64,000 nucleotides of DNA. Source: Antedon mediterranea. Taxonomy: Eukaryota > Animalia > Echinodermata. The notes below the pieces were generated by a model. It made no database searches and was not told where the DNA came from. It saw only the letters and a list, made by a program, of their open reading frames with translations. Positions 63,686-64,000 of this stretch are shown piece after piece. Location: the NCBI RefSeq assembly GCF_964355755.1, contig NC_092678.1, positions 7,890,422 through 7,954,421 of the forward strand, read 5' to 3'. Every line of letters begins with the position of its first letter. Within the stretch, counting starts at the first letter, position 1. A program made the position numbers and the translations under genes.

Positions 63686-64000
63686 TTTATTTTGTTTTTT
63701 ATTTTTATTTTATTTAATCGAAACCAACAGCGATAATTACCGCCACTAACAGGTTTGATACAAACAAAGCCAGGACTGTTTAAAGCACCTTGATTGGTCC
63801 TAACATTGATCAAGGGCTTCTCTCGTCCAGTGCCCACCTTGACCAGAGGTCTGAGGCAGATACTAGATGCAGGGGCTGCCATAAGAGTCAGCAGTGCTGA
63901 TTTCAAATGCCTAACGGGACCCCAGCTCCGTATACAGCACCCGTTATTCCCAGATGGTCTCTCATCCAAGCTCTAACCAGGCCCAACGTCGCTTAACTTC
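63686..64000 (-). mobile_element. 5S rRNA-derived SINE (SINE3-like), head runs off the window
   Basis: Minus strand gaagttaagcgacgttgggcctggttagagcttggatgagagaccatctgggaataacgggtgctgta matches the 3' half of 5S rRNA (A box, IE, C box). It is followed by an unrelated body of about 215 bp and an (AAAAT)n tail. Confidence 0.85.

Noticed and set aside
63932-64000. Functional 5S rRNA gene
   Set aside because: Diverged from 5S, lacks the oligo-T terminator, and continues into a SINE body and A-rich tail.

Overview
AT-rich metazoan genomic DNA (an invertebrate, plausibly an echinoderm or other deuterostome; the taxon is inference). Two spliced host genes lie on the minus strand, and the ORF track largely misses both. 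(1) A roughly 50-kb LGR/GRL101-like receptor gene (61000->10332): signal peptide, one SRCR domain, a Cys-rich LRR cap, an array of about 11 single-LRR phase-2 cassette exons, then a hinge+7TM exon. (2) Directly downstream, a 4-exon SAT2-like GNAT polyamine/thialysine acetyltransferase (9688->6494). Both carry disabling lesions in this sequence. The SRCR exon is split by a 25-kb five-level nest of retroelements: BEL/Pao(+) > Gmr1-type Gypsy(-) > BEL/Pao(-) > CR1/L2-group LINE(-) > Tx1/L1 LINE(-). Four of the five junctions have readable TSDs, and all five restore the interrupted reading frame. Also present: a decayed Gypsy element with a C2H2 zinc finger after integrase, an L2/CR1 LINE carrying a 3.3-kb foldback element, TTAA MITEs, an 83-bp satellite, a minimal hammerhead ribozyme, a Helentron-like element and a 5S-derived SINE. 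All coordinates were read by eye and may be off by a few bases. No database searches were run.
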